DNA of 52,761 nucleotides from Bacteroidia bacterium (GTDB lineage Bacteria > Bacteroidota > Bacteroidia > AKYH767-A > JBBKVM01). The notes below the pieces were generated by a model. That model did no database searches, was not told where the DNA came from, and was given only the letters and a program-made list of their open reading frames with translations. The stretch is from contig JBBKWX010000157.1 of the NCBI GenBank assembly GCA_037969175.1, forward strand, positions 1 to 52,761. The letters are read 5' to 3'. Shown here piece by piece: positions 1 to 9,572 of this stretch (position 1 is the stretch's first letter; each line of letters begins with the position of its first letter). A program made the position numbers and the translations under genes.

Positions 1-1277
1 CGCCCTTTGATATAAGGGCGGATAATGAGGCGGATGGCTTTGTCGTAACTGATGTAATGCCAGACCCAGTTTACCAGGACCACGATACGATTGCGGAAGC
101 TCACCAAGTACATGATATGAACAAACATCCAGATCCACCAGGCGAAAAAGCCCTGAGTATGGAAGCCTTTCATGTCGACCACAGCTTTGTTGCGCCCCAC
201 GGTGGCCATAGTGCCTTTGTTGGTATATTTGAAGGGCTTAACTTCTTTGTTTCTAAATATGGCTTTCAGTCTTTTTCCTAAATATTGACCTTGCTGCACG
301 GCCACAGGAGCAACACCAGGCAGTCCATTGGGATAGGTATCCGATTTGATTCCTGCACAATCGCCCAAAGCAAAAATATCTGTGCTATTGCGGACGGACA
401 GAAATTCATCGACATCGATGCGATTCCCGCGAACGGTTATATCAGCCAATCCATCTACCAGGTTACCCATTACACCCGCAGTCCATATGAGAGTGTGTGA
501 TTGGAGTGTTTTATCGTTGCTCAGTAGGACCTTACGCCCTTCATAATTCTTTACTGAGATTCCCGTCCAAACTTCCACTCCCAGGTTCTCGAGAAACTTC
601 TTTGATTTCCGGGATGACCATTCAGACATGCCCGCCAACACTCTTTCATTTGCTTCGATGAGATAAATACTCATTTTACGAAAATCGAGTTCGGGATAAT
701 CATGAGGCAAAACATGGGTCTTTAGTTCGGCCAACGCACCCGAGATCTCGACGCCGGTAGGTCCTCCACCAACGACCACGATATTAAGTCTGCTATTTCT
801 TTCCTCCAGATCCGAGATGAGCAATGCCTTTTCAAAATTCTGAAGCATCAGACTTCTGAGATCCAGAGCCTGGGGAATAGTTTTCAGTGGCATGGCGCTT
901 TCGCGCAGTCCTTCTATCCCAAAATAATTAGTGCGTGATCCGGTGGCAATGACCAGATAATCGTATTTGACATCCCCGATATTTGTAGAGACACATTTCG
1001 CTTCTCTGTGGATGGTCTTTACCTCAGCCATCCTGAAAAACAGGTTGGAATACCCTTCAAAGATAGTACGAAAAGGGGTTGCGATGGAATCCGGTTCCAG
1101 GCCACCTGTTGCTACCTGGTAAAGCAGTGGCTGGAAAGTATGGTAATTATGCCGGTCCAGAAGAATGATCTGAACCTTTTCTTTTTTCAGGCTTTTGATG
1201 AGCTCAATTCCTGCAAATCCTCCACCGATAATTACTATACGGGGAAGGTTTGTTTCCGGTAATGGAATGTTAGCCAT
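1..1277 (-). CDS. ndh: Type II NADH dehydrogenase (NAD(P)/FAD-dependent oxidoreductase), 3' end beyond window
   Basis: Not in the ORF track because there is no stop in the window. Manual translation from ATG 1277: MANIPLPETNLPRIVIIGGGFAG...HTFQPLLYQVATG...VVVGGGPTGVE...IFALGD...KGTMATVGRNKAV; two Rossmann GxGxxG motifs typical of NDH-2. Confidence 0.92.
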   Translation of the reverse strand, partial: MANIPLPETNLPRIVIIGGGFAGIELIKSLKKEKVQIILLDRHNYHTFQPLLYQVATGGLEPDSIATPFRTIFEGYSNLFFRMAEVKTIHREAKCVSTNIGDVKYDYLVIATGSRTNYFGIEGLRESAMPLKTIPQALDLRSLMLQNFEKALLISDLEERNSRLNIVVVGGGPTGVEISGALAELKTHVLPHDYPELDFRKMSIYLIEANERVLAGMSEWSSRKSKKFLENLGVEVWTGISVKNYEGRKVLLSNDKTLQSHTLIWTAGVMGNLVDGLADITVRGNRIDVDEFLSVRNSTDIFALGDCAGIKSDTYPNGLPGVAPVAVQQGQYLGKRLKAIFRNKEVKPFKYTNKGTMATVGRNKAVVDMKGFHTQGFFAWWIWMFVHIMYLVSFRNRIVVLVNWVWHYISYDKAIRLIIRPYIKG

Positions 1278-1296
1278 ACAGGCTGTGTATAGCTAA

Positions 1297-1551
1297 TTAA
1301 GCGTTAGAATCTTCTTTCTTCTCTTCCGTTTTTGGTGCAGAAGGAGCTGAAGCTTTTTGATCTACACGCATTGAATCGTTGATCTCTTGCTGAACACCGC
1401 TCATTGCGTCTTTGAATTCGCGCATTCCTTTGCCCATACCACGAGCCAGATCAGGAATACGTTTTGAACCAAAAAACAACAGAATAACCACCATGATGAT
1501 GAAAATCTCACCACCGCCTAAATTAAAAATTAGATTTATCGGGCTGTACAT
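1297..1551 (-). CDS. tatA: Twin-arginine translocase TatA/TatE subunit
   Basis: GGGEIFIIMVVILLFFGSKRIPDLARGMGKGMREFK: TM helix, FG hinge, amphipathic helix. Confidence 0.95.
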   Translation of the reverse strand: MYSPINLIFNLGGGEIFIIMVVILLFFGSKRIPDLARGMGKGMREFKDAMSGVQQEINDSMRVDQKASAPSAPKTEEKKEDSNA

Positions 1552-1567
1552 GAATTATAATTTGATG

Positions 1568-1575
1568 CAAAGATA
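1568..1575 (-). promoter_or_regulatory. Bacteroidota sigma-A -7 element for tatA(-ndh)
   Basis: TATCTTTG on the minus strand, 16 nt upstream of the tatA ATG. Confidence 0.7.
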
Positions 1576-1587
1576 TGGAAAAAAGAA

Positions 1588-1645
1588 GAGTGTTAGGAGT
1601 GGTTCCTCCACAACAAATTGTGGAGGAACAGTGTTGAGAGTGAAA
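1588..1645. repeat. 9-mer GAGTGTTRR tandem array interrupted by a perfect 28-bp palindrome
   Basis: GTTCCTCCACAA-CAAA-TTGTGGAGGAAC (1602-1629), flanked by AGTG on both sides. Confidence 0.75.
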
Positions 1646-1652
1646 TTTTACA

Positions 1653-1716
1653 TCAAAGATCAATACTCTATGACAATTTGATCAATACTCAATGATCAAT
1701 ACTCAATACTCAATGT
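1653..1716. repeat. Degenerate heptamer tandem array (TCAATAC/TCAATGA)
   Basis: ...TCAATAC TCAATGA TCAATAC TCAATAC TCAATG read directly. Confidence 0.8.
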
Positions 1717-1733
1717 TAAAGTGTTGAGAATTA

Positions 1734-1775
1734 ATCCGTGTTAATCCGCCAAATCCGCGTTATCCGTGTTCTATT
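1734..1775 (-). repeat. 9/10-mer CACGGAT-type array
   Basis: ATCCGTGTTAATCCGCCAAATCCGCGTTATCCGTGTTCTATT; its reverse complement resembles 9962-10004. Confidence 0.8.
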
Positions 1776-1966
1776 AGAAGGATGCAATTAAAGAAATACG
1801 TTTGCCATAAAATCAGGCATTAACAAATAATAAATACTAAACATTAAAGTATTTCAAAATGAAAATTTATATGCGTAAATCATATGGAAGAAGGGATTGA
1901 ACTGAATAAATTATTCCGGTTCGGGGAATGAAAGCAATAGAAAGAATATCTGCGCAGATCTGAACC

Positions 1967-2000
1967 AAAAAAAAAGCTGCCCCGAAAACGAGACAGCTTT
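1967..2000 (-). terminator. Intrinsic terminator of secDF
   Basis: Minus strand GCTGTCTCG-TTTT-CGGGGCAGC followed by T9, 20 nt after the stop. Confidence 0.8.
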
Positions 2001-2020
2001 ATAAGATCTATTGTTAAAAA

Positions 2021-5017
2021 TTATGCTTTCGCAAAAGGGCTGACAACTGGTTTTATCTCAGAATCGTCTTTCATCAAGTCAACAACGATCGGTGTTGCGA
2101 TGAAGAGAGAAGAATATGTTCCTACAACGATACCCATCAACAATGCGAATGAGAATCCTCTGATCACTTCTCCACCGAATAAGAAGATGGCAAGTAATAC
2201 GAAGAAGATAGTCAAGGAAGTATTGATAGTACGACTCATTGTGCTGTTCAAGGCATCATTGATAACAGGTTTCATATCCGTCTTTTTGTGATGGATGTGC
2301 AGGAATTCTCTGATCCTATCGAACACAATTACCGTATCATTGATAGAGTAACCGATTACTGTCAGGACAGCTGCGATGAATGCCTGATCGATCTCCAGAC
2401 TGAATGGAACAATACCATGCAATAATGAGAACAATGAAAGCACGATTAGAACGTCATGCGCCAAGGCCGCAAGGGCACCGGCACTGAATTGCCATCTTTT
2501 GAATCGAATCAAGATATACAAGAAGATAACGATCATTGAGAACAAGATGGACCAAATGGCTGATGTCTTAATGTCATCGGCTATGGTTGGACCTACTTTC
2601 TGGCTACTCATGATCTGGTCAGGTTGAATACCCAATCCATTGATCAAGGCCGTCTCTACTTTAGAATCAGCAGTTTCTGAAGCATCAGAAATGAGATAAG
2701 TAGTTGTGATCTTTACCTGATTATTTGCACCGAATGTTTTCACTTCAGGAGCAGTTCCGAAAGCACCTGCCAATGTATTTCTTACATCAACTGTACTTGC
2801 ATCCTGGTCAAATCTTACAACATAACTACGACCTCCTTTGAAATCGACACCGAAGTTGAAACCACGAACTACAAATGAAACTATACCAATAATGATGATG
2901 GTACTAGAGATAATGTAAGCCATCTTACGCTTTCCGATGAAGTTTATCTTCATATTCTTGAAAGCGCCTTCAGTGTATCTATTCGAGAAATTGATCGTCT
3001 TCCCTTTTTCAACCCTTGCGTCAAACACAAGACGTGTAAGGAAGATAGCTGCGAATAATGAAGTACAGATACCAATAATCAATGTAGTTGCAAAACCCTG
3101 AATTGGACCGCTACCGAAAATATATAGAATGATACCTGTCAATAATGTAGTAACGTTCGAGTCAATGATAGAAGAGAAGGCCATCTTGTAACCATCAGAG
3201 ATAGCAAGTCGCATTCCTTTTCCATTGGCAAGTTCCTCACGAATACGTTCAAAGATCAGGATGTTGGCATCTACCGCCATACCAATCGTCAGAACTATAC
3301 CTGCGATACCGGGCAGGGTAAGAACAGCACCCAATGATGCGAGTACACCGAATACGAAGAATACGTTAGCGAACAATGCAAGATCGGCAACCCAACCAGC
3401 ATTGCTATAATAAAGCACCATGAAAAGAAGAACCAGAACCAGAGATATCACGAATGACATCAAACCAGCATTGATAGCTTCCTGACCCAAAGACGGACCA
3501 ACAACAGCTTCTTCTACGATACGCGCCGGAGCAGGAAGTTTACCCGCTTTCAGAATGTTTGCCAAATCTTTCGCTTCGTTGATCTCGAAGCGTCCGGTGA
3601 TAGAACTTCTTCCTCCAGAGATCTCACCTTGTACAGTTGGGTAAGAATATACATAATCATCTAGAACAATAGCGATGCTACGACCGATATTTTCAGAAGT
3701 GAGCCTTCTCCATTGCTTAGCACCTTCAGGGTTCATGTTCATTGTGATCTCAGGACGTGAATCCAGTTGACCGAAATCCTGACGTGCGTCGGTGATCACA
3801 TCTCCTTCAAGAGGAGCTTTCTGATCTACACCACTAACTTTAATAGCTATAAGTTCAAGAACCTTGCTCTCATTATCTATCGGTTTTACTGTCCAAAGAA
3901 GTTTAAGATCTTTTGGAAGTTTAGCGATAACATCTTCACGTGCAAGGATAGAATTTACTTTAGAAGTATCTTTTGTAGCTGCAAAACCAACAACAGGTCC
4001 TTGACGATATTCACTTTGACCTTGTTCATTTTGGAAGATAGCCGGAGAAAGAACTGCGAAAAGAGGATTCTTTTTGCTGAACTCTTCAAATGAGGCTTGT
4101 CCGGATGTATCTGCTTTTGAGCTGTCAGCTTCGATCTTTGATAGAAGGCTTTCTGTCTCATTTACTGTATCAGTTGCTGCAGCAAGCAAAGTATCAGTAG
4201 TTACGGCTGTAGCTGCAAGTGTATCTGCAACAGGAGCAACTCCATCAACATCATTGCCCAGCAAGGTATTAATAGTATTCAGGTAATCAAATACCTCTTT
4301 ATTCTCATAGGTTTCCCAAAATTCAAGCTTTGCAGTTCCCTGTAGAAGTTTACGTACACGCTCAGGTTCTTTAACACCCGGAAGTTCGATAAGGATACGA
4401 CCACCGGCAAGACGCTGGATGTTTGGTTGAGTTACACCGAATTTATCGATACGTGTACGAAGGATATTGAATGAACGATCGATGGCTGCTTCAGCCTCTT
4501 CACGTATCACCTTCAGTACATCGTCATTTGTTGAATCAAATTTTACACGATCCTGAAGTTCTCTGGTAGAGAATACAGCTGCAAGTTTTGCATTTGGATC
4601 AACCTGACTGAACGCTTGTCCAAACAAGGTTACAAAATCGTCCTGGCTATTTGTTTGCATATTTTTAGCTAAAGCCAATGCTTTAACAAAAGTTGCATCC
4701 GTACTGTTATTAGCCATAGCACGTATCATTTCTTCAACAGAAACTTCAAGGGTAACGTTCATACCACCCTTAAGGTCAAGTCCAAGATTCAATTCACGCT
4801 CTTTACACTCCTGATATGTGTAATTCTTTACAAGCAGATTGTAAACCGGTAAACTCGAGATCGAGTCAAGATAATTCCTTTCCAGGATAGGATCTCCGTT
4901 TGCGTACTCTCTTGCATCATTCTCTATGTTTCGGGTTACCAGCGTAAAAGACAGTTGGTATATACATACCAATGTCAGGGCAATCGCGAAAAACTTAATA
5001 GCACCTTTGCTCTGCAT
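2021..5017 (-). CDS. secDF: Protein translocase subunit SecDF (fused)
   Basis: LNLGLDLKGG, RIDKFGVTQP, GMAVDANILIFERIREE, GVDFKGG and GYSINDTVIVFDRIRE motifs; 998 aa. Confidence 0.98.
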   Translation of the reverse strand: MQSKGAIKFFAIALTLVCIYQLSFTLVTRNIENDAREYANGDPILERNYLDSISSLPVYNLLVKNYTYQECKERELNLGLDLKGGMNVTLEVSVEEMIRAMANNSTDATFVKALALAKNMQTNSQDDFVTLFGQAFSQVDPNAKLAAVFSTRELQDRVKFDSTNDDVLKVIREEAEAAIDRSFNILRTRIDKFGVTQPNIQRLAGGRILIELPGVKEPERVRKLLQGTAKLEFWETYENKEVFDYLNTINTLLGNDVDGVAPVADTLAATAVTTDTLLAAATDTVNETESLLSKIEADSSKADTSGQASFEEFSKKNPLFAVLSPAIFQNEQGQSEYRQGPVVGFAATKDTSKVNSILAREDVIAKLPKDLKLLWTVKPIDNESKVLELIAIKVSGVDQKAPLEGDVITDARQDFGQLDSRPEITMNMNPEGAKQWRRLTSENIGRSIAIVLDDYVYSYPTVQGEISGGRSSITGRFEINEAKDLANILKAGKLPAPARIVEEAVVGPSLGQEAINAGLMSFVISLVLVLLFMVLYYSNAGWVADLALFANVFFVFGVLASLGAVLTLPGIAGIVLTIGMAVDANILIFERIREELANGKGMRLAISDGYKMAFSSIIDSNVTTLLTGIILYIFGSGPIQGFATTLIIGICTSLFAAIFLTRLVFDARVEKGKTINFSNRYTEGAFKNMKINFIGKRKMAYIISSTIIIIGIVSFVVRGFNFGVDFKGGRSYVVRFDQDASTVDVRNTLAGAFGTAPEVKTFGANNQVKITTTYLISDASETADSKVETALINGLGIQPDQIMSSQKVGPTIADDIKTSAIWSILFSMIVIFLYILIRFKRWQFSAGALAALAHDVLIVLSLFSLLHGIVPFSLEIDQAFIAAVLTVIGYSINDTVIVFDRIREFLHIHHKKTDMKPVINDALNSTMSRTINTSLTIFFVLLAIFLFGGEVIRGFSFALLMGIVVGTYSSLFIATPIVVDLMKDDSEIKPVVSPFAKA

Positions 5018-5067
5018 AATAGTTGTGTGATCTTTGGATTAGTATCCGGTTTGTTTTTTTCAGCCCG

Positions 5068-5075
5068 CAAATATA
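5068..5075 (-). promoter_or_regulatory. -7 element for secDF
   Basis: TATATTTG on the minus strand, 50 nt upstream of the ATG. Confidence 0.65.
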
Positions 5076-5321
5076 GAATATCCTTTGTTAATTAACAATT
5101 AAGAAACACGATTGATAATGCCCTAAAAAACAAGTAAAAGGCAATACTACATTCCAACCGTTGTACTTTATTTTCAAAATCAATTTAACCTTACAAAACA
5201 TTTACTAGCTATCTGATTATGAGGTATTCCCATTATTAATTCTAAAATAAAGTCTTAGTTCCCTGACTAAATAGCCCGGAATCTGAGAGAAAATTTTCAC
5301 TCCAAGAAACTTTTTGGAGAA

Positions 5322-5819
5322 TTAATTTCTGAAATTGATGTATTGCAGCGGGAGCCCCAAATCTGCAATTTTACCTTTCATCATCCCGATCACAGCCTGA
5401 AGATCGTCCAGTTTCTTGCCGGTAACCCTCACTTGCTCATCCATGATGGAAGCCTGAACTTTCATTCCGCTGTCTTTGATGATCTTTACGATCTTCTTTG
5501 CGGTTTCTTTGTCCACACCCTTTTTAACTTTGATATCTTTTTTAATTAGTGGACCGGAGGCATAATGTTCTTTTGAAAAATCGAGACTCTCCGGATCAAT
5601 TCCCTGTTTCATACAACGTGAAATCAATATATCACGGATCGCCTTTAACTTCATATCATCTTCTGTGACGATCTCAAGCGTCAAATTCTTCTTTTCTAAT
5701 TCAATGGTAGTCTTTGAACCATTAAAATCATAACGATTCAGGATTTCCTTCTTAGCGTTATTGATTGCGTTATCCAGTGTTTGCTGGTCTATTTCACTTA
5801 CAATGTCGAAACTTGGCAT
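5322..5819 (-). CDS. yajQ: YajQ family nucleotide/c-di-GMP-binding protein
   Basis: MPSFDIVSE...NRYDFNGSK...KVQASIMDEQVRVTGKKLDDLQ...LPLQYINFR; ATG 5819 preferred over TTG 5825. Confidence 0.95.
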   Translation of the reverse strand: MPSFDIVSEIDQQTLDNAINNAKKEILNRYDFNGSKTTIELEKKNLTLEIVTEDDMKLKAIRDILISRCMKQGIDPESLDFSKEHYASGPLIKKDIKVKKGVDKETAKKIVKIIKDSGMKVQASIMDEQVRVTGKKLDDLQAVIGMMKGKIADLGLPLQYINFRN

Positions 5820-5865
5820 AATCAAATTATTGTCATATCAGCACTGGATCGCCTGATATCGAGTG

Positions 5866-5883
5866 CAAATTTACCTATCTTTG
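5866..5883. promoter_or_regulatory. Back-to-back divergent -7 elements (yajQ / FG-GAP gene)
   Basis: TAAATTTG on minus (5866-5873) and TATCTTTG on plus (5876-5883). Confidence 0.65.
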
Positions 5884-5887
5884 GTTG

Positions 5888-8083
5888 ATGAAAAAAACCA
5901 TTTCCGGCATTCTTTTCATAATTGCCACAATTAGCTCTATACAAATCTCTGCACAAGGATTATTTGGCAGGAATGACAATATCATAGTTAATGTCAACAG
6001 TCAATCCTTGCTGAATCCCTGGGCCGGAGGGTTGAACTTTGTTCAGGCAAGTCAGATCGACCTTGATGGAGATGGTTTGCAAGATCTTGTCATGTTTGAT
6101 CGGAGCGGTAATAGATTGACTGCCTTTAAGAATACAGGATTAACCGGAGCCGGGAAATTTAAACATGCACCTCAGTTCCAAAGCCGGTTTCCAAAAGGAC
6201 TTCATGATTGGGTATTACTGGCAGATTATAACTGTGATGGGAAAGCCGATATATTTGGCTATAGCAACGGTGGAATGCAGATCTACAGAAATGATTATAC
6301 TGCTGCTACGGGATTAAAATTTACAAAAGTTACTGACCTTTTATATTCACTTTATTTTGGAACTCCTACAAATTTGTATGTGAGTCCTGTTAATCTGCCT
6401 GCATTCACCGATGTTGATGGAGATGGAGACATGGACATACTCACCTTTGATATTTTGGGGTATAGAGTAGAGTTTCATGAAAATAAAAGCAAAGACGTAT
6501 ATGGGCATTGCGACAGTTTGAAATTTGAATTGAGTACCGGATGCTGGGGAAATTTTTCTCTGAGCTCTATGAATAACAGTGCTGTCCTTAATCAATCCTG
6601 CAGAATGGGCAATTTTATAGAACCCGATCCAAAAAGCGCAGGACTTCATGGTGGTTCAAGCATTTTGGCTCTTGATCTTGACAATGATGGCGATAAAGAT
6701 TTGATAATGGGAGATATATTGGGAGATAATCTTCTGTCATTGACAAATGGAGGTAGCAGTGCCGGAGCAAATATTATAAGTCAGGACACGCAATACCCAT
6801 CCACAAATGTTCCTGTAAATGTCACTACCTACCCTGCCCCATTTTATGTTGATGTAGATTTTGATGGAGTAAAAGATCTATTGGCTTGTCCTACCTATTT
6901 AAGTAACCATGTAGGATTACAGTATTATAAGAATGCAGGAACAAACACATTCCCTAATTTTCAATTTCAAAAATCCGGTTTTATGCAGGATGACATGATT
7001 GATGTAGGTGAAGGTGCCAACCCGGCTTTGTTTGATGTAGATGCGGATGGTAAATTGGATCTTCTGATTGGGAATTATGGTTATTTCAACAGCAGTGGAA
7101 TTTATCCTTCGGGAATATCTTATTACAGAAATACCGGAACGAATGTAGTTCCTGCTTTTACAAAAGTGACAGATGACTGGAATAATTTGATCGCTGAAGG
7201 ATATACCGGGATCTATCCTGCCTTTGGAGACATAGATAAAGACGGCGACATGGATATGTTGATCGGAAATACAGATGGCACTTTGCATCTTTATACCAAT
7301 ACTGCCGGAGCGGGAAATGTTCCCGTATTCGTACTCAGTGCACCTAATTTGGGTGGCATTGATGTAGGTCAGTTCAGCGCACCGCAGATCATAGATGTTA
7401 ATAAAGACGGTTATCCCGATATGCTGGTAGGTAAGCGTTCAGGAGAATTAAGTTATTATCAGAATACAGGAAGTGTGAGCAACCCTCCATCCTTCACTTT
7501 GGAATCAACGGTCTTTGGTGGGGTCTCAGTAAGGAATCCGGGATGGGTTACAGGATATACAAGTCCCTATCTGTACCAACAAAACAATGTGTATCGTCTA
7601 TTGGTTGGCGCTGAGAATGGGTACATTTATCAGTACGATAATATTGATGGAAATTTGAATGGGAATTTTACATTGACCGATTCGATGTATCAGAATATCA
7701 ATGAAGGTTCACGCATCAGTATTGCGCCCGGCGATCTAAACAATGATGGTAAAACAGATCTTGTATTAGGGAATTATGCAGGCGGAGTTGCCGTATATAT
7801 TCAAGATTTTTCAATCAATGTTAATACGGTAAAACCGGAATCTGATATCGTCATTTATCCAAATCCGGGAACAGGGAAATTCAGAATAAAAAATATTCCT
7901 AATTCTATAAATGGAAGTGAATGGATGCTTTTTGATGTAAGTGGAAGAATGATTGAAAGCGGTATGATCCCTGTAACTTCTACCTGGGAAATTGATCTGA
8001 ATAAAACAGATTCCGGAATTTATTTTTTACACATTGAACAAGATAATTTCAAATCGACTCATAAATTATTTATACGAAATTGA
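5888..8083 (+). CDS. FG-GAP/VCBS-repeat secreted protein with T9SS type A C-terminal domain
   Basis: Signal peptide ending SA-Q; many DxDGDGxxD motifs; C-terminus IYPNP...FDVSGR...SGIYFL...KLFIRN. Confidence 0.9.
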   Translation: MKKTISGILFIIATISSIQISAQGLFGRNDNIIVNVNSQSLLNPWAGGLNFVQASQIDLDGDGLQDLVMFDRSGNRLTAFKNTGLTGAGKFKHAPQFQSRFPKGLHDWVLLADYNCDGKADIFGYSNGGMQIYRNDYTAATGLKFTKVTDLLYSLYFGTPTNLYVSPVNLPAFTDVDGDGDMDILTFDILGYRVEFHENKSKDVYGHCDSLKFELSTGCWGNFSLSSMNNSAVLNQSCRMGNFIEPDPKSAGLHGGSSILALDLDNDGDKDLIMGDILGDNLLSLTNGGSSAGANIISQDTQYPSTNVPVNVTTYPAPFYVDVDFDGVKDLLACPTYLSNHVGLQYYKNAGTNTFPNFQFQKSGFMQDDMIDVGEGANPALFDVDADGKLDLLIGNYGYFNSSGIYPSGISYYRNTGTNVVPAFTKVTDDWNNLIAEGYTGIYPAFGDIDKDGDMDMLIGNTDGTLHLYTNTAGAGNVPVFVLSAPNLGGIDVGQFSAPQIIDVNKDGYPDMLVGKRSGELSYYQNTGSVSNPPSFTLESTVFGGVSVRNPGWVTGYTSPYLYQQNNVYRLLVGAENGYIYQYDNIDGNLNGNFTLTDSMYQNINEGSRISIAPGDLNNDGKTDLVLGNYAGGVAVYIQDFSINVNTVKPESDIVIYPNPGTGKFRIKNIPNSINGSEWMLFDVSGRMIESGMIPVTSTWEIDLNKTDSGIYFLHIEQDNFKSTHKLFIRN

Positions 8084-8126
8084 GTTCAAATAAAAACAAA
8101 CAGATCCTGATTTCGTTCTTGATGAT

Positions 8127-9572
8127 ATGAGAAATTTTTGCCTTTTACTTTCATTCTTTTTTATTCTGAGCTCATGTAAATATGACAAGGGTGAGCTACC
8201 GAATGTGAGCGGGTATCCGGATGATGTTGCAAAAATAGTTATTGTGAAATGCGCTACCAGTGGATGTCATAATGATGCGAGTAAAGATGCTGCCAGTGGT
8301 TTATCTCTAAGTTCCTGGGACCGTTTATTTGAAGGGACCCGAAATGGTGCAGCTGTAATTCCTTACCGACCTGATCAAAGCACGATGATGTTTTTTACAA
8401 ATACATTTGCTGATCTGGGACCATCCATTAATCCGACCATGCCCCTGGGAAATACTCCGCTGACACGAACAGAGCTTGAGGTATTGCGCAGCTGGATAGC
8501 ACGCGGTGCGCCTGACCAAGATGGCAATATCGCATATGCTTCTAACAGCAACAGAAGAAAAATGTATCTCACAAATCAGGGATGTGATCTGGTGGCAGTA
8601 CTTGATGCAGCAACCGGCAAAGTGATGCGTTATATTACTGTCGGCACCAAAGCTTCGATCGAGAGTCCGCATATGGTTAAGGTGAGCCCCGACGGACAAT
8701 TCTGGTATGTGGTTTTTTTGGGTGGAGATGTGATACAAAAATTCAGAACTTCGGATGATTCATTTGTAGGAAATATCATGATTGGTGGAGGCAATTGGAA
8801 TACACTTGCGATCACAAACGATTCAAAAAAAGCGGTTGCAGTTGATTGGACAATCAATGGAAAAGTAACTGTCGTGGATCTTGAAAATATGATCAAAATA
8901 AAAGATATCCAGGGTTTGAAATGGCCGCATGGATCTTACTTTGACAATACCGGAAACATCGTTTATATAACTACACAAACCGGAAATTATATCAACAAAT
9001 TAGATATCACAAATATAAATTTGCCACAAGTAGAACAGATCGTTTTACAAGCCGGAATGCCGGTTCTGGATATTTCCTGGTTTGATCCGCATGAAGTAAT
9101 TTTAAACAGTAGCGGAACTCGATTGTATGTAACTTGTCAGAAGACCAATCAGGTGAAGGTGATCAATACTGCAAATGATCAGGTGATCGCAACGATCAAT
9201 GTGGGTATCTATCCGCAAGAGATGGCGATCTCGGAGAGCAAGAATTTGTTGTTTGTAAGTTGCCCGGAAGACACTGCATCGTTTGCAGGAAAAAGAGGTT
9301 CTGTTTCTATCATCGATATGAATACAAATGCAGTAGTAAAAAATGTGTTTACAGGTTATCAACCACATGGAATTATTTCGGATGAACTGAATGGATTCAT
9401 GTACGTTGCAAACAGAAATGCAAGCACTGACGGACCGGCTCCGCATCATTCAACAGAATGTGCAGGGCGCAACGGATATGTGACCCGGATCTCTTTGAAT
9501 TCGCTGACCTTAGATGTAAATTACAAACACGAAGTAACTGTAGACCCCTACTCTTTTGCAATCCGTCCCTGA
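8127..9572 (+). CDS. Lipoprotein with putative c-type cytochrome domain plus YncE/YVTN-like beta-propeller
   Basis: Lipobox LSSC; CATSGCH then GLSLSSW...VIPYRPDQS...MP..PLT..E...WIARGA (PSCyt1-like pattern); propeller repeats SPDG, YVTCQ, INVGIYP. Confidence 0.75.
   Translation: MRNFCLLLSFFFILSSCKYDKGELPNVSGYPDDVAKIVIVKCATSGCHNDASKDAASGLSLSSWDRLFEGTRNGAAVIPYRPDQSTMMFFTNTFADLGPSINPTMPLGNTPLTRTELEVLRSWIARGAPDQDGNIAYASNSNRRKMYLTNQGCDLVAVLDAATGKVMRYITVGTKASIESPHMVKVSPDGQFWYVVFLGGDVIQKFRTSDDSFVGNIMIGGGNWNTLAITNDSKKAVAVDWTINGKVTVVDLENMIKIKDIQGLKWPHGSYFDNTGNIVYITTQTGNYINKLDITNINLPQVEQIVLQAGMPVLDISWFDPHEVILNSSGTRLYVTCQKTNQVKVINTANDQVIATINVGIYPQEMAISESKNLLFVSCPEDTASFAGKRGSVSIIDMNTNAVVKNVFTGYQPHGIISDELNGFMYVANRNASTDGPAPHHSTECAGRNGYVTRISLNSLTLDVNYKHEVTVDPYSFAIRP

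Noticed and set aside
57-1262. Four short plus-strand ORFs
   Set aside because: They are antisense shadows of ndh. The same applies to the many 60-160 aa ORFs nested in or opposite the long genes across the window.
1588-1775. Possible CRISPR array
   Set aside because: Units are 7-10 nt with no unique spacers, the 28-bp palindrome occurs once, and there are no cas genes.
5076-5321. Possible ncRNA or tRNA in the secDF-yajQ spacer
   Set aside because: AT-rich, with no cloverleaf or convincing stem that I could find.
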